From Camelus dromedarius (Eukaryota), in the NCBI RefSeq assembly GCF_036321535.1, contig NC_087437.1:91452001-91516000 (forward strand): a stretch of 64,000 bases of DNA. The letters run 5' to 3'. The position numbers and the translations under genes were made by a program. Positions 52,671-64,000 of this stretch are shown one piece after another (position 1 is the stretch's first letter; each line of letters starts with the position of its first letter). The notes below the pieces were generated by a model. The model was given only the letters and a program-made list of their open reading frames with translations. It did not search any database and was not told where the DNA came from.

Positions 52671-53849
52671 AAAAGTAGATGGGAATTTGGGGAATTTTTT
52701 TAACAGGACACTCAATTTTTTGAATTCCCTCAATTTTATGACAAAAGTCATATCATAGCCAATATTTAAAAAAACTTTTGATCATTTTTTGCTAATACAT
52801 TTAGATATTATTTTTAACTTCACTGAAATTAGAGAATCAGGAACCAAATAAATCACAAAATATTTGAAAAAATTCAATCATTTAAGTCATTCACTTTCAC
52901 AGTTTCTGGGAAGGATAACAAAAAAGGCTTTACATATCAAGTGACTATTAATTTTATCTGTTACTCTTTCATTTATAGACACATTTTTAAAGCTGTCATA
53001 CTCAAAAAGATTTCTGAAAATTGAAAAAATTGTTAATTTAAAAATATCTTTAATAATATCATGTTTGATGAAAATATTTTTATCTTTTTATGTTCTTTCC
53101 ATATATTTTTGACTTAGAAATGCAGGTGTAGCCTCTCAAGCTATGGGAATTGTTTGTCATATAACCCAATTTGCAGTAATAATTAAACAAACCAGACTTA
53201 TTTTTGTAATTTTCCCCCTTGAAATTCATCTCTCTAGCTTTAGTTAGGGAGATGATCAGATCACACATTACATTATATAAAACTGAAAGGACATTTCTAG
53301 ATTACTAAAACTTCCGATTCCTTCTTTTACATTATGCAAGATAACTTGTTTACTTTGTTTGTTTGTTTTTGATCTTGTTTTATTGAGAAACAAAAGGCCA
53401 GGTGAGCATCTTAGCTTCCAATTTAATAGAAACTTTCTTATGCCCCCTGGTGGAGGGATTACTCCTTTGGTTACCGGTAAGATCTCTTAAAGCAGCAGAG
53501 CTCAGATTTGAGGTCAGATTTCTTAAACCCACAGATCCTCTTAAATCAGTAGAGTCCAGTTTTGAGGGTCAGAGAATGAACATTTTAATAGTAGTGTTTG
53601 GTTGTAATAGTGATATATTCCACCTCCAATTCCACTCTTTAGTTTCTGGACTCATGTATTCTGGCTCAGGATGAAACAACATGATATATCATCCACTGGT
53701 TCATACCATACAGGACTGAAAACACACTCTTAAGCCTATGCTCACAGTAAGCACAGTAACTGAGCATTGAATATGCTGTTGAAATAGTCTACGACACAAT
53801 TGCTCGGGAAATGGCCCAGCGAAATCACCATACCACTAGATGTAATCCT

Positions 53850-54030
53850 GGACACACCAGTTATGCTGTTATTTCTAATGCACAACATTGCTCCCTGCTG
53901 CTGTCAAGAAAGGCACCCAGCTGTGGTGGTAGCCATGGCAGACGTGGTGAAAGGAGGCCGTGTTCTTGAAGTCCTGCTTACCCTATACTCTTGTCACCAT
54001 GGCCACTTAGTCCATGAATTCATGGCTGCA
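53850..54030 (-). mobile_element. ERVL/MaLR internal-like fragment
   Basis: GC-richer stretch ...ctcttgtcaccatggccacttagtccatga resembling ERVL-int antisense; abuts the MLT1B element. Confidence 0.35.
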
Positions 54031-54416
54031 GGTTCTGAGCTAATTTGTGTCCCTCCAAAGCAGATGTTGAAGTCCTAACTCCCCATTATCCTCAGAATGT
54101 GGCTTTATTTGGAGACAGGACTGACAAAGAGGTAATTAAGATAAAATGAGGTCATATAGGCAGACCTTAACCTAATATGACTGATGTCCTTGTAAGAAAA
54201 GGAGATTTGAATATAGATAAGCACAGAGAGAAACCACATGAAATCAGAGGGAGAAGAGAGCTGTCTCCAAGCCAAGTGGAAGCTTTGGGAAGAAGTGAAC
54301 CCTGCTGACATCTTAATCTTGGATCACGCCTCTAGACCTGAAAGAAAATAAATTTCTATTGTTTAATCCTCCCAGTCTGTGGTACTTTGTCATAGCAGCC
54401 CTACCTGACTAATATG
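54031..54416 (+). mobile_element. MaLR LTR, MLT1B-like
   Basis: ttgtgtccctccaaa...tgttgaagtcctaactccc...cctcagaatgtg.ctttatttggaga...aaaatgaggtcat...cagtctgtggtactttgt..tagcagccct. Confidence 0.88.
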
Positions 54417-55116
54417 CGGGGGAAGAGGTGACTGGTACCCACAGTTGAGTCATATTGAGTATTTGATATTAAAAGCCTTCTCCTCAGGGGTCCTGTCTTG
54501 TATGTCACCACATTCTCACACCCTGGGCCTATTTTCAAATGTCTGTCTTTGTATCTAAACCTCTAATTACATAAACAGGCAATTGCTTCTTTGTCTGTTT
54601 CCTCTTATAAAGCACAGTCGTGAGTCAAAGTTTACTTGACATAAAAGGGAGTGCTTTGCTCCGTATTCCTACGGAACATGACTCCAACTTTCCAACTCAA
54701 GTTTTTGACAGTCAACATTTATATTGGTTAGACAGATAAACTACACATCTGATTCATTCCTAGGCAACAGATGAGCAATATGCCACTGAATCAGACTTTT
54801 TGAATACCAGTGTAACTTGCTACTTTATTACAGTTACCTTGCCCTTCTTGCTCTTTTTGTTAAATACTTCTAATTAGTTTCTGCCTCCATAAGAACCTAT
54901 TTCAATAGCAGCATCTCTCATTTTATTACTAATATATGAAAAAGAACCACTGCAGTGATTTTTCAGAAAAACTAGCACAATCCTCAACCACATATTTCTC
55001 CAGGATATTTCTCTTAATGAAACAAAGTATTTTTTGGAGCTTTTATTTGAATTCATGTGTGATATTATACATTTTATGGAATAAAAGCTTGATGACTTTT
55101 CCACTGCCCTAAGTTT

Positions 55117-55118
<2 letters not shown>

Positions 55119-55168
<50 letters not shown>

Positions 55169-55246
55169 AAAGGTAAAGTGAGGATTTATTAAAGGATGGA
55201 TAGTGCACTCTCAGGGGAGAGCGGGCAGGCTCAGGTGAGCAGCTGC
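55119..55246 (-). mobile_element. L1-mediated retrocopy of the 3' end (R region) of a family-B ERV LTR transcript with a (TAAA)n tail
   Basis: 55167-55246 nearly identical to 4925-5004; (TTTA)n tract ~55115-55166; perfect 15-bp TSD ctgccctaagttttt (55104-55118/55247-55261). Confidence 0.88.
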
Positions 55247-55290
55247 CTGCCCTAAGTTTTTAAAACCTCTTCTTCTACATCACACTAAGA

Positions 55291-56769
55291 CAGGATGAGT
55301 GTCAGGAACACTCAGCCTGTGTTATCACACATGGACATGACCTCAGAAGCCCCCACAATTGGCTTAATGTTCTGTTGCCCAAGAGACAATCCAGCATGCA
55401 CATATGCAAAGGATATATGAATAAGATTTGTATTCTCTGTTCCTTGTCTCCCCATTTGCATATAGTATTTGTGATGGCCTATGAGCACAGAATTCCAGGT
55501 GACCCTCAATCCATGGGATTCAACAAGACTCAAAGTAAGTATAAGCTAAGCTTGCTACATCTGTGATTAAGTAAGCAGCAGTGCAGACAGCCCTGAGTGA
55601 CCATGCTTTCTGTTCAAACTGGAACTCAACTCAAAGGCAGAAAGAATCCAATGGCTTTCTAAAAAATTGGAATCACCAAAGAGCTTTCTCCCTTTCTCTC
55701 TTGTGTTATTTCCCTGTGTTTCCCAACCACTCACATTAAAGATGATGTTATAAAAGAAAAGGGAAATACAATGCCATTCAGTCTTTCCTTACCCATCAGT
55801 AATCCAAAGATAGAGAGTGTTGATAGAATGTGCAAGTATTTAGCAATGAAATAACAGCAGCTGAGTTAGACTTGTAGAGTATCCATTCTTTTGGGAAAAG
55901 AAATGCATAGGCATGATGAGCTATGAAATACAAATTTCAATGATTCTGCATGAGTTACGTACTCTTATATTTGCATTTGAAGCTGGCATTCCACAATATA
56001 AAAATAAACTGTAAAATTCATGTTAATAATGTAATATTTAAAATAGAAAAATTAAAAAATACGACAAGTTAACAGAGAGCCCAGGGAGAAAGGGAAACGC
56101 TTTATATTTTAGTGCCTTTAACAGGATAATTTTCCCACTTTCTGAAGAAGGGGATGTCACATTTTCATCTTGCACCAAAAACAGGTTCATGTGTCTGACA
56201 CGTTGTGAGGCCAAACAAACTGAAACGTCAGAGTTTGGAACAGAGAAAGATTTATTGCAGGGCCAAGCAAGGAGAATGGGTGGCTCATGCTAGAAAAACC
56301 CAAAATCCTTGATTGTTTTCAGGAAAAAGTTTTTATCGGCAAAATTTGGGATGAGGGCAGCAGGATGTGTGATTTTCTTCTGGTTGGTTGGTGGTGAGGT
56401 AACAGGGTGGTTTTCCAGGAATCATGTGCTCAGCCTGAAGTTACCTTCCTCCACCTGGGTGGAGGCCCTGGTTCCTGCAGAAGAACTCAAAGATACTGTT
56501 AGGTATATTTCTTGAGGGGGAACCAGGACCCTGCCCCAAGGCTGCACAATTGTTTCTTGACTGCTCCTCCTTTATCTCTGCATTCCCTACCTTCTCTGAT
56601 TAGCAACTGTTTGAATCTGCACTTTGGAACTCAGGGAAGGTCACAGTGACTGAATGAAGCCACTGTCCTACTAACAAGAAATGGCGGACACAGAAAGGAT
56701 TCATACCAGAGAAGACCCACATGGACCTGCTCTATTTCAGTTCCACAAATTACATAGCAGCAGGCCCTG
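55291..56769 (+). mobile_element. MER45B-like hAT-Tip100 DNA transposon, interrupted by an ERV1 LTR
   Basis: cagg...cctgtg..tcacaca.gg...ctcagaag.cccc...ttgg.ttaatg.tctg start; end cattttcat.ttgcac | ccacaaattacatagc...ggccctg; degenerate 8-bp TSD cactaaga/catcaagg. Confidence 0.7.
56171..56739 (-). mobile_element. ERV1-class solo LTR (family D)
   Basis: aggccaaacaaactgaaacgtcagagtttggaacagagaaagatttattgcaggg (minus AATAAA), minus ATAAAAA ~56330-56336, ends ...tttca; left end blurred. Confidence 0.85.
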
Positions 56770-56879
56770 CATCAAGGCATTGCTCGGATTTCAACCTCAA
56801 TAGGCCATTATTGAATCCAGCTTTTAGTCAACCAAAAAGAAAATGATTAGACACACACTCAGGCAGTTGAAAAGGCAGG

Positions 56880-57806
56880 TGAAGGGATTCAGAGCATGAC
56901 ATCCTAAAATGGGTCACTCTGATGTAATTATTTTGAGCTGAAGGTAGATGAGGAGAAGCAGACACATGATGAACTTTCTGCCCTCCTTTTATCTGCCTGA
57001 ACTCAGAACATAAATTCTCTTGGGAAGGTGTCCCTCCCCCATTTCCTGTATCAGGATCGAGATAATAACCTTATCACCAGAGACAAGATGCAACTGAGGA
57101 AAAAAAATCTACATAAACAAACAAATCTCTCTAACAAGCCCTTGTCTTCTGATATAGGAAAATGTGAGGTGTAAGAGGTTAGCCGGGTCCCAGGTCTAGG
57201 TTAAGTCCCTAGGATACACCCTGCATAGTGAGGGCCTTGACTTCACACAGGAAAGAATTCAAGAGTGAGTCATAGTAGAGTGAAGGTAGATTTATTCAGA
57301 GAGATACATACTCCGTGCACAGAATGCTGGCCTTCTCAAGAGGCAGGAGAAAAGGCCAGGAGGTACGGGGTGGTTAGTTTTTATGGGTTCTGTAACTTCG
57401 TATGCTAACAAGTGGTAGTATTATTCCAACTACTTTGGGGAAGGGATGAGGACTTCAAGGAATTGGGACACTGCCCACTTTTTGACCTTTTGTGACCTCC
57501 TGTCTCACTACCATTGATTTCCCATATATTTAACTTCCCACAGTTTCCTGTGCCTAAAGCCTAAAACCTTTTTACTTTGTCTTGTCCCTTTTATGCAAAT
57601 ATATTGCCCTTTGCAGAGATGCTATTATAAGCCTGTGTTATAACAATCCTTTTTAGTTATCATCATTGAGACCTCCCCACCAATGTGTACTGCATGAACT
57701 AATAAATTGTTCCTATTTTGTTAATCTGTCTCCTGTCAGTCTAATTTGTAGGGTCCCATATGGAGAACCTAGGAGAGAAGAGGGGGAAAGTATTTCCTCC
57801 CTTACA
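56880..57806 (+). mobile_element. ERV1-class LTR (MER34-like), interrupted by a family-C LTR
   Basis: tgaagggattcagagcatg.ca.cctaaaat...attattttgagctgaagg; aataaa ~57701; ends tttcctcccttaca; TSD-like cagg/catg. Confidence 0.8.
57150..57507 (-). mobile_element. ERV1-class solo LTR (family C, shorter and more diverged copy)
   Basis: tgata.aggaaaa...ggaaagaattcaagag.gag...agatttattca...tttgaccttttgtg|cctgtctca; TSD-like cttc/ctac. Confidence 0.88.
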
Positions 57807-58229
57807 CATGTGAGTTAAGATCAACTGTTAAACATGTCTCAGTGATAATTTCAGCACAGTCATGTTTTCCTTTCTTCATATAAAGAGTTAGTATTTATTC
57901 TCACATATATTTCCTAGAATTTTATTGATGACTATATGATAGAGATATTGATACCTATAAGGGTATCTGTATATCATATCACATATATTTGTCTGTTAAG
58001 TTTTTGATGCAGTTTTTCTGGGTTTGATTTTGTGATCAACTATTCAAACAATGATAAAATCTGGCCTTAATTCTAAATCTGAAAACTTTAGTAGGTCATT
58101 ACAGTGTGTTTCCCCTAAAAGACAAAAAGAACATACGACAGAAAGGAACTTCTCCATCCAACATGAGGGACATTTGGGATATTAGCGTCATTTGGATCTT
58201 TCCTATTTCAGCATTCCAATTCTACTGTC

Positions 58230-59070
58230 TATTTTTAGGTCAGTACTCTGCTTCTAATGCCGTCACATTTTGGCCTCCGCATTCAGGAGGCTGGCAGAGA
58301 GTTATCATACTGGCGTGAGTTATTAATCCTGACAATCATGAGGGTGTAGGGTGACCACTACATAATAGAGGCAGGAAAGAATATGTTTTACATACGGGTA
58401 ACCTACTGGAGTTTCTCTTAACAGTTGTAATTGTAAATGGTCATACAGTAGCCATGGCCTGCTGAAAATACAGGAAGCAGTGGAGGGTAGGTATGGAGCT
58501 GTGGCACCCAGTTCTCCCTTTGAAGAAGGCTGTTCTCCCTGGTTTTAGGAAGTGTAGTCAACAGACAGCCTTCAGAAGCTGTCAGATCCTAGTGCTGGCT
58601 CATCTGGGTAGTAACTTCTCCCACGGTTCTACTCATCCAGGGGAAGCCTTCATCTGATGGCTGAGTGGGGCACAGGTATGGAGGCCTGGCCATTTTGTCC
58701 TGACATCAGGTAATTCCAACAGGCAACCTCTGCCCCAGAACTCACTGCTGGATTGGCCAAGACTCTATCAGGCCTAGATAGTGTTCTTTGTTTTCCTAAT
58801 CCTGCTTCTTCTTCCTTCTTTCACAAATATCGATCCTTAATATAAATCCTGGATCCCAGACGTCTTAACATTGTTTCTGAAGAACTCAACCTGTGACAGA
58901 GAATCCCTGATCCTTTGTCACCTCCACAGGAAAGCTACTTAGAGCAGAGGCATTACTAGCTGGGGGCCTAGAATGGGTGGTTTAGGGAGGCAAAGATGAA
59001 GCTCACTTACGGCCTTGTGACCAACTGCAGCATTAAAAGGACTGTAGATCATCTTACTGACACTCCTATT
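58230..59070 (+). mobile_element. ERVL/MaLR internal fragment, interrupted by an LTR16-like LTR
   Basis: gagtta.catactggc.tgagt.attaatcctga.aatcatgagg...ctacataat.gaggcagg; resumes after 58898 (...ccttgtgaccaactgcagc...ggactgtag). Confidence 0.55.
58478..58898 (+). mobile_element. ERVL LTR, LTR16A-like
   Basis: gacagccttcag..gctgtcag...ggtatggaggcctggccatttt...gcccagaactc...ggattggcca...aactcaacctgtgaca; start approximate. Confidence 0.7.
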
Positions 59071-60284
59071 ATGCTGTTTGATTATTTTCTACTATTATAA
59101 AAAAGGTAGATAGTGATACTCCTTTTCTACATATTCCCTCATGTAATTATTGATGAGAAAAAAAGAATCCAAGAAAGAAAAATTAGTGGGTCAACTTGAA
59201 AAGTATTTATAATAGCTTTGTATTATGGGAGGAGAAGTTGATGGGTTATTCACTGTACTTAGACTGTCATTTTTTTTTGTGGTTTATAAATATTTAGTTT
59301 CATTTTATAGTAGATTTATTAAATCAGTTTTTTTTTTTATAAGTTAGTACAATTTGAATGGCTCTGGGAACTAAAGTTTACAAACGGTGCCCCAAGCAGT
59401 TTATAGCCCTAGGGAAAAGTAAAAGTCTGTGAAATGTTTGGCAAATTAATAGAAGTCTTGATAGCAGTGTTCTCGGGGACTATGCTCAAATTAGTAAAGT
59501 ATTTCAAACTTTATGCTAAGAAGTAATTTTCATTTTTTTAAAGTGTTAGGAAAAAACAAAACAGATGTAACAGGTGCATTTGTTTCTGAAAATAAAACGC
59601 ATTCAGTAATTTCCTAGTGCAACACACGTCTAGAGAAAACATTGATTATCTTTCAAAGGGTGTTACACGTCAAATGACATGACCTTTAGCCTGCAAACTG
59701 AAATGATCACTCTTTTGAGCAGCATGAGCGCTGATATCATGCTCTCTCACTCGGAGGCATATTAGCCAGAATGATGCACCCATTTATTCTGTTGTTATTT
59801 ATGCATGCATGGAATTCAAGCATCTGTCAATGGTTTGTTTTCCACTGACTATGACCCAGGCAATGATGATAGTGTGGAAATATTTTGGTGACTAGAACAA
59901 AGCAAAATACGATCATTTTGTTCCTGCTTAAAGTAAAGTCTTTTTGGATGTCATTTTGCTATTTTATTAATAAAAAAAATTACTTGAATATGCAATTTAC
60001 AAAAAGAAATTTGATCTAATATCTTCACGGGGGTATTCTGTACAGGAGTGCATCTTAGCTTCAACCCCTGCTTACCCAAATATTAAACTCTAAATCTCTG
60101 ATCTTATCACTATGAATCATGAAATTATTTCATACTATAAACATCAACAGGATGAAGCCAGAAAACAACAGGTGGCAGTGGAAGTGCACGTGTGCATCTA
60201 GTACACAGCCAGGGCAGCAAAGCCAGATACAGACGTTGCCTGGTGGAAGCAAAGGGCGACCAAAGACGAAGACAGAAAGCAAGC

Positions 60285-60796
60285 ACCTGGCAGACAGACT
60301 TTAAGCCGGTCCCATGATCTCTACCTCTTGGTGCTGATGCTCTTGCATAATCATCACCTCCTCCAATACCCCCCTGACCCTCAGTTTGGGCAAGACTATG
60401 ACTTACTTCTAACCAACACTATGGCAAAAGTGATGGGATATGCTTTCATAATTAGGTTACATTAAGATTCTGTCTTGCTAGTAGGCTCTTTCTAGTCCCC
60501 CCTCCCCTCTCTTCTTTTGTTGGCAAAAATAAAACTTCCATGAATCTTAAAATCACAACAAATGGAATGTTGCCAACAGCCACAGGTGTAGCAAAGCAGA
60601 AGTTTTCCTAGTCAACCCTCCAGGCGAGAAGCCTGACCCTGGCAGCACCTAGATCGCAGTCACAGGAGGTCCTCTGCAGGGAACACAGCTAAGCTATGCC
60701 TAGCTTTCTGACCCTAAGAAACTGGTAAGATAATTCATATGTGTTATCTAAGCTGCTAATGTGATAGTTTATTACACAGTATAGAAAACTAACATA
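60285..60796 (+). mobile_element. MaLR LTR, MLT1E-like
   Basis: ggcagacagact.taag...tgacttacttctaaccaa...atggcaaaagtgatgggat...cagctaagc.atgcc...tagaaaactaacata. Confidence 0.8.
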
Positions 60797-62941
60797 ACTT
60801 GCATGACAATGTCTGGGCTCTTACCACACTAACCACAAGGAAGCGAGAAAGGAGAGAATAAATGAGAAAGGAGAGAATAAATCCATGCACTGAAATCTGA
60901 AATGTAAGTAATGGTTGGTGATGGGGAGTAAAGACGTTCCCACTCTCTGGGTCAAGGGTTTTCCCAAGTAGGCAGTATCTCACCATTATGCACTTAAGTA
61001 CGCCAATCAAATTACTTCAAATACTTAGATGGTTTTCATTTTTTTTTTTTTTACAACAGAATCATCAGGAAGTTTAATAAAACCTGTATGGCGCTGGCAT
61101 TCCACCTTATCAAACACCCTTTGTGCTTCAGCCACATTTCTGAGAAGAAAATGTTACTCGTCTCTCCACAAGACCTCGTACTTCTAACATCTTGAATTGG
61201 GTTCTTTGCCTTTATAACTTTGCCTAGTAAACGTTGTATTTCTTTATAACCAACCATGGCTTTCTCATGGATACCTTTTACAACTCTTAAGAAGAGGCCA
61301 GATCCTCTACTTTAACTCTTAGAGAATCATATATCTTTCTGATATCTCTACATGATCTCTCACTCCATAAAATTTATATCTCATCACAGATCATAGAAGG
61401 TGAGGAAGTGAGTGGAGGAGCTTGAAAAACAAACAAAATAAAGAAGCAAGGGCTTGAAGACTCCTTGCTTGTGGAATTTAAATATCCAAGTATGATTGAC
61501 TCTATTGGCCAAAAATTCATTCTCAAGGACTAAATCATGACAAGGAGACTGCTTTTCGGAGTGACAAACATGTCTGAAGTCATTGGGAGATTTGAAAGAT
61601 GTAAACTTCCGAAGACTCCTGATGGCACCTCAAATATATGGATGTTCTGTAATCCATTTAATGCGGCAATCAATACAGTCATGTCTGCAGAAACACTTCT
61701 TATGTAAGTCATCCAGAATATTTAGGGTTGTTTTAACATATGTCAAGGACATTAAATTCAAGGAGATGTGAAACACATATCACAATAGTCTGGTTTTCTT
61801 CCAGTACAGTGAATTGCATGCTTAAAATACAACATTTTTAGATTGTTGCAGATTAGAATGATTCAATGAAGAAATTTTTCTCTGAGATTTCTGTTTTTCT
61901 TTTTTTTTCTTAATTGTGTCTAAAAAACTGATCGCTTCTTCATTTCATGAATATATTTCAATCATGTGCTATATTCTAAGAATTATGCTTTTAGTTTGAT
62001 TTTGGGTAATGTTTTCACAATAATAGCATACCCAATGTGGTGAATGCCAAGTGTTAAAAAGCCTCGTTGAGAATTGTGACCTGAGTATATCACCACTGAC
62101 AAGTCCTATTTCTCTGGACAATGTATTATTTTTATAAAACCAATTGACCAGCTACTGTTTGTGATCTTTTTCTGTTGGAAAGAGTAGCTCTTCCAACAGC
62201 TGTGCCTTAAATAGTTCTCTTCCCTTTTATACTCAGTTTAGTCTGAAATGTATGGGTCTTCCTGACTTGATCTTGAAATATGCTGAAATAGCAGAAGTCA
62301 GCATTTATTGACCATTTTCTGATCTCACCATGCAATAAAAGCATTCTTTTTAAATGGACTGCTGTATATATTATTTATTTTTATAGTTTTATGCTGCCTT
62401 TCCAGGAAAAACCTTAAACATTTGTATATGAAATTTTAAACATGTAAAATACACAAACAGCAAATAAAAATGGAGATGGGAAGGTGAATAAGAAAAAAGG
62501 TATGAATTGAGGGAAAAAGATGGAGAAAAAAATTGGATAAAAAGGTGAAAAAAGTGGTCTTGAAAAAGTGAGTAAATAATGCTTTGATTTGGTTCAAAAA
62601 TATTTGTTACTTTAGCACAAAATTTGGCATTTTAACAGAGTAAGTGTACAACTATTCTTAGATAATATACAAATTAAAATTCCAAAATAATCAGCATTTT
62701 ATATGATATTCAACAATCCTTCCAAGGCTTTGTAATACTTTTTTCTTCAAGATTTATATTCTCCACATTTGAAAAATGTGTGTACCATTTTCCAAAGTTC
62801 ATAATCAGGTATGCTGTCCTGAGCAGTCAGAGATTCCTACAATCTCTGAAGCTTAAAGTTCATGATAAGAAAACAGAGATTAAGAATCTTATAATTGTAT
62901 TTATAAGTGCTATAAAAATATGTGGATTTGAATCTAAAAGA

Positions 62942-63575
62942 TGTTCTCTATTGCTGCCGTAACAAAGTACCACAAGCTTAGTGGCTTAAACAGCGCCCTT
63001 TTAGTTAATATCTGACAGTTTCTGTAAGTTCAGAGAACTCAACCTGGGACTCGGCTTAGAGTCTCCCAAGGATAAAATCAAGGCATCCGTGGAGCTGTGT
63101 TCCTTTCTGGAGGGTCTGGGGAAGAAAACGTTTCCAGGTTAATGCAGGTTGTTGACAGATTTCAGTTCTATGCAGTTGTAGTCCTGAGGTCCCATTTCCT
63201 TACTGGCCTTTGGCTGTGTGTTCTCAGTTTCTGGAGGCTGCTTGCATTCCCTGGCTGAGAAGCCTCTTCGTCTCAGAACTGCAAAAGCGTGTCAGGTCCT
63301 TCTGTACTTCACATTTCACTGACCTCTCTTTCTGCTTCACCTGTCCTCTGCCTCTTTTGTGGAATCTCTCAGACTGACTCGTCTGCCTGTCTCTTCCATC
63401 TTTTAAGGACCCTTGTGGTTACAAGGGGCCATGGAAAATCTGAGATAACCTGTTTAAAGGCTGATTTGCAAATTTAATTCCAAAAGCAAAATCCCTTTTG
63501 TCATGTAATTAACTTGTTTCAGGAATTAGGGTGCAAACATCTTTCAGGTGGGACATTATTTGGCCTACACCCACA
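62942..63575 (-). mobile_element. MaLR LTR, MLT1E2/MLT1D-like
   Basis: ctattgctgccgtaacaaagtaccacaagcttagtggcttaaaca...gttcctttctggagg.tctggggaagaa...ttttaaggacccttgtg.ttaca...gaattaggg...acatcttt. Confidence 0.85.
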
Positions 63576-64000
63576 AACACATAAACTTATATATATATCA
63601 TATGTGTGTGTGTGTGTATATATAATATTTTACACATCAGGCAAACTTAATCAACCTTATTAGGCTTTTTTTTTTTTAAACAATGAGCTGGTGTCACTGC
63701 CTTTAATGAAAACATTTAAAAATAAAAATAGTTGCCATTTTTAAACATTATATAGCCATTATGAATTATAGTTTACTCATGATCTTAAATCTAATTCCAG
63801 TAGAGTTCTTTCCTCATCACCTATATGTAAAAAGAACTTATTTGTCACTGAGATCAAGATTATTTGATTTAAACTCTTTGATTCGCCTAACTTCCAGTAG
63901 AATTTAACTTTGTTATTCTCTAATCGTTCTATACATTTAATTGTTTCGATCCCATAACATTGTAATTTCTACTCATCTAGAGCTGCACTTGAATTCATTG

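Noticed and set aside
61537..61707. 56-codon ATG-initiated ORF overlapping two other open frames
   Set aside because: No homology recognised, no promoter or splice context
333..63477. Short ORFs in the six-frame track as genes
   Set aside because: All 60-135 aa, many with non-ATG starts, no recognisable domains, many inside repeats; expected by chance
1..64000. CRISPR arrays, operons, defence systems, tRNA/rRNA genes
   Set aside because: Sequence is mammalian; no regularly spaced repeats or RNA-gene signatures seen

Overview
AT-rich, CpG-depleted mammalian genomic DNA (large intron or gene desert). I find no supportable protein-coding gene, RNA gene, CpG island or prokaryote-type system. 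The ORF track is essentially noise, except 33159..33488(-), which begins with the L1 ORF2 N-terminus. The window is a layered repeat record: ancient L2/MIR/hAT (MER5, MER45B, MER103-like), ERVL and MaLR LTRs, eutherian L1 3' ends, and younger ERV1-class solo LTRs, several with visible 4-bp TSDs. A cetartiodactyl-type L1 3' end, with no Alu/B1/SINEC/Bov-tA/BovB/PRE-1/CHR SINE recognised in 64 kb, suggests a camelid (inference). Best observations: (1) an ~80-bp polyadenylated ERV-LTR transcript end retrotransposed by L1 machinery (15-bp TSD) at 55104-55261, with a full LTR of its family 50 kb away in this window; (2) a tail-less internal L1 ORF1/ORF2-junction fragment with a 13-bp TSD at 33417-33963; (3) two near-identical LTRs 4.9 kb apart that mimic a provirus but appear to be independent solo LTRs; (4) a few candidate minus-strand exons and regulatory elements in unique sequence. 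Family names are from recall of consensus sequences, not a database search. Boundaries without TSDs are approximate.
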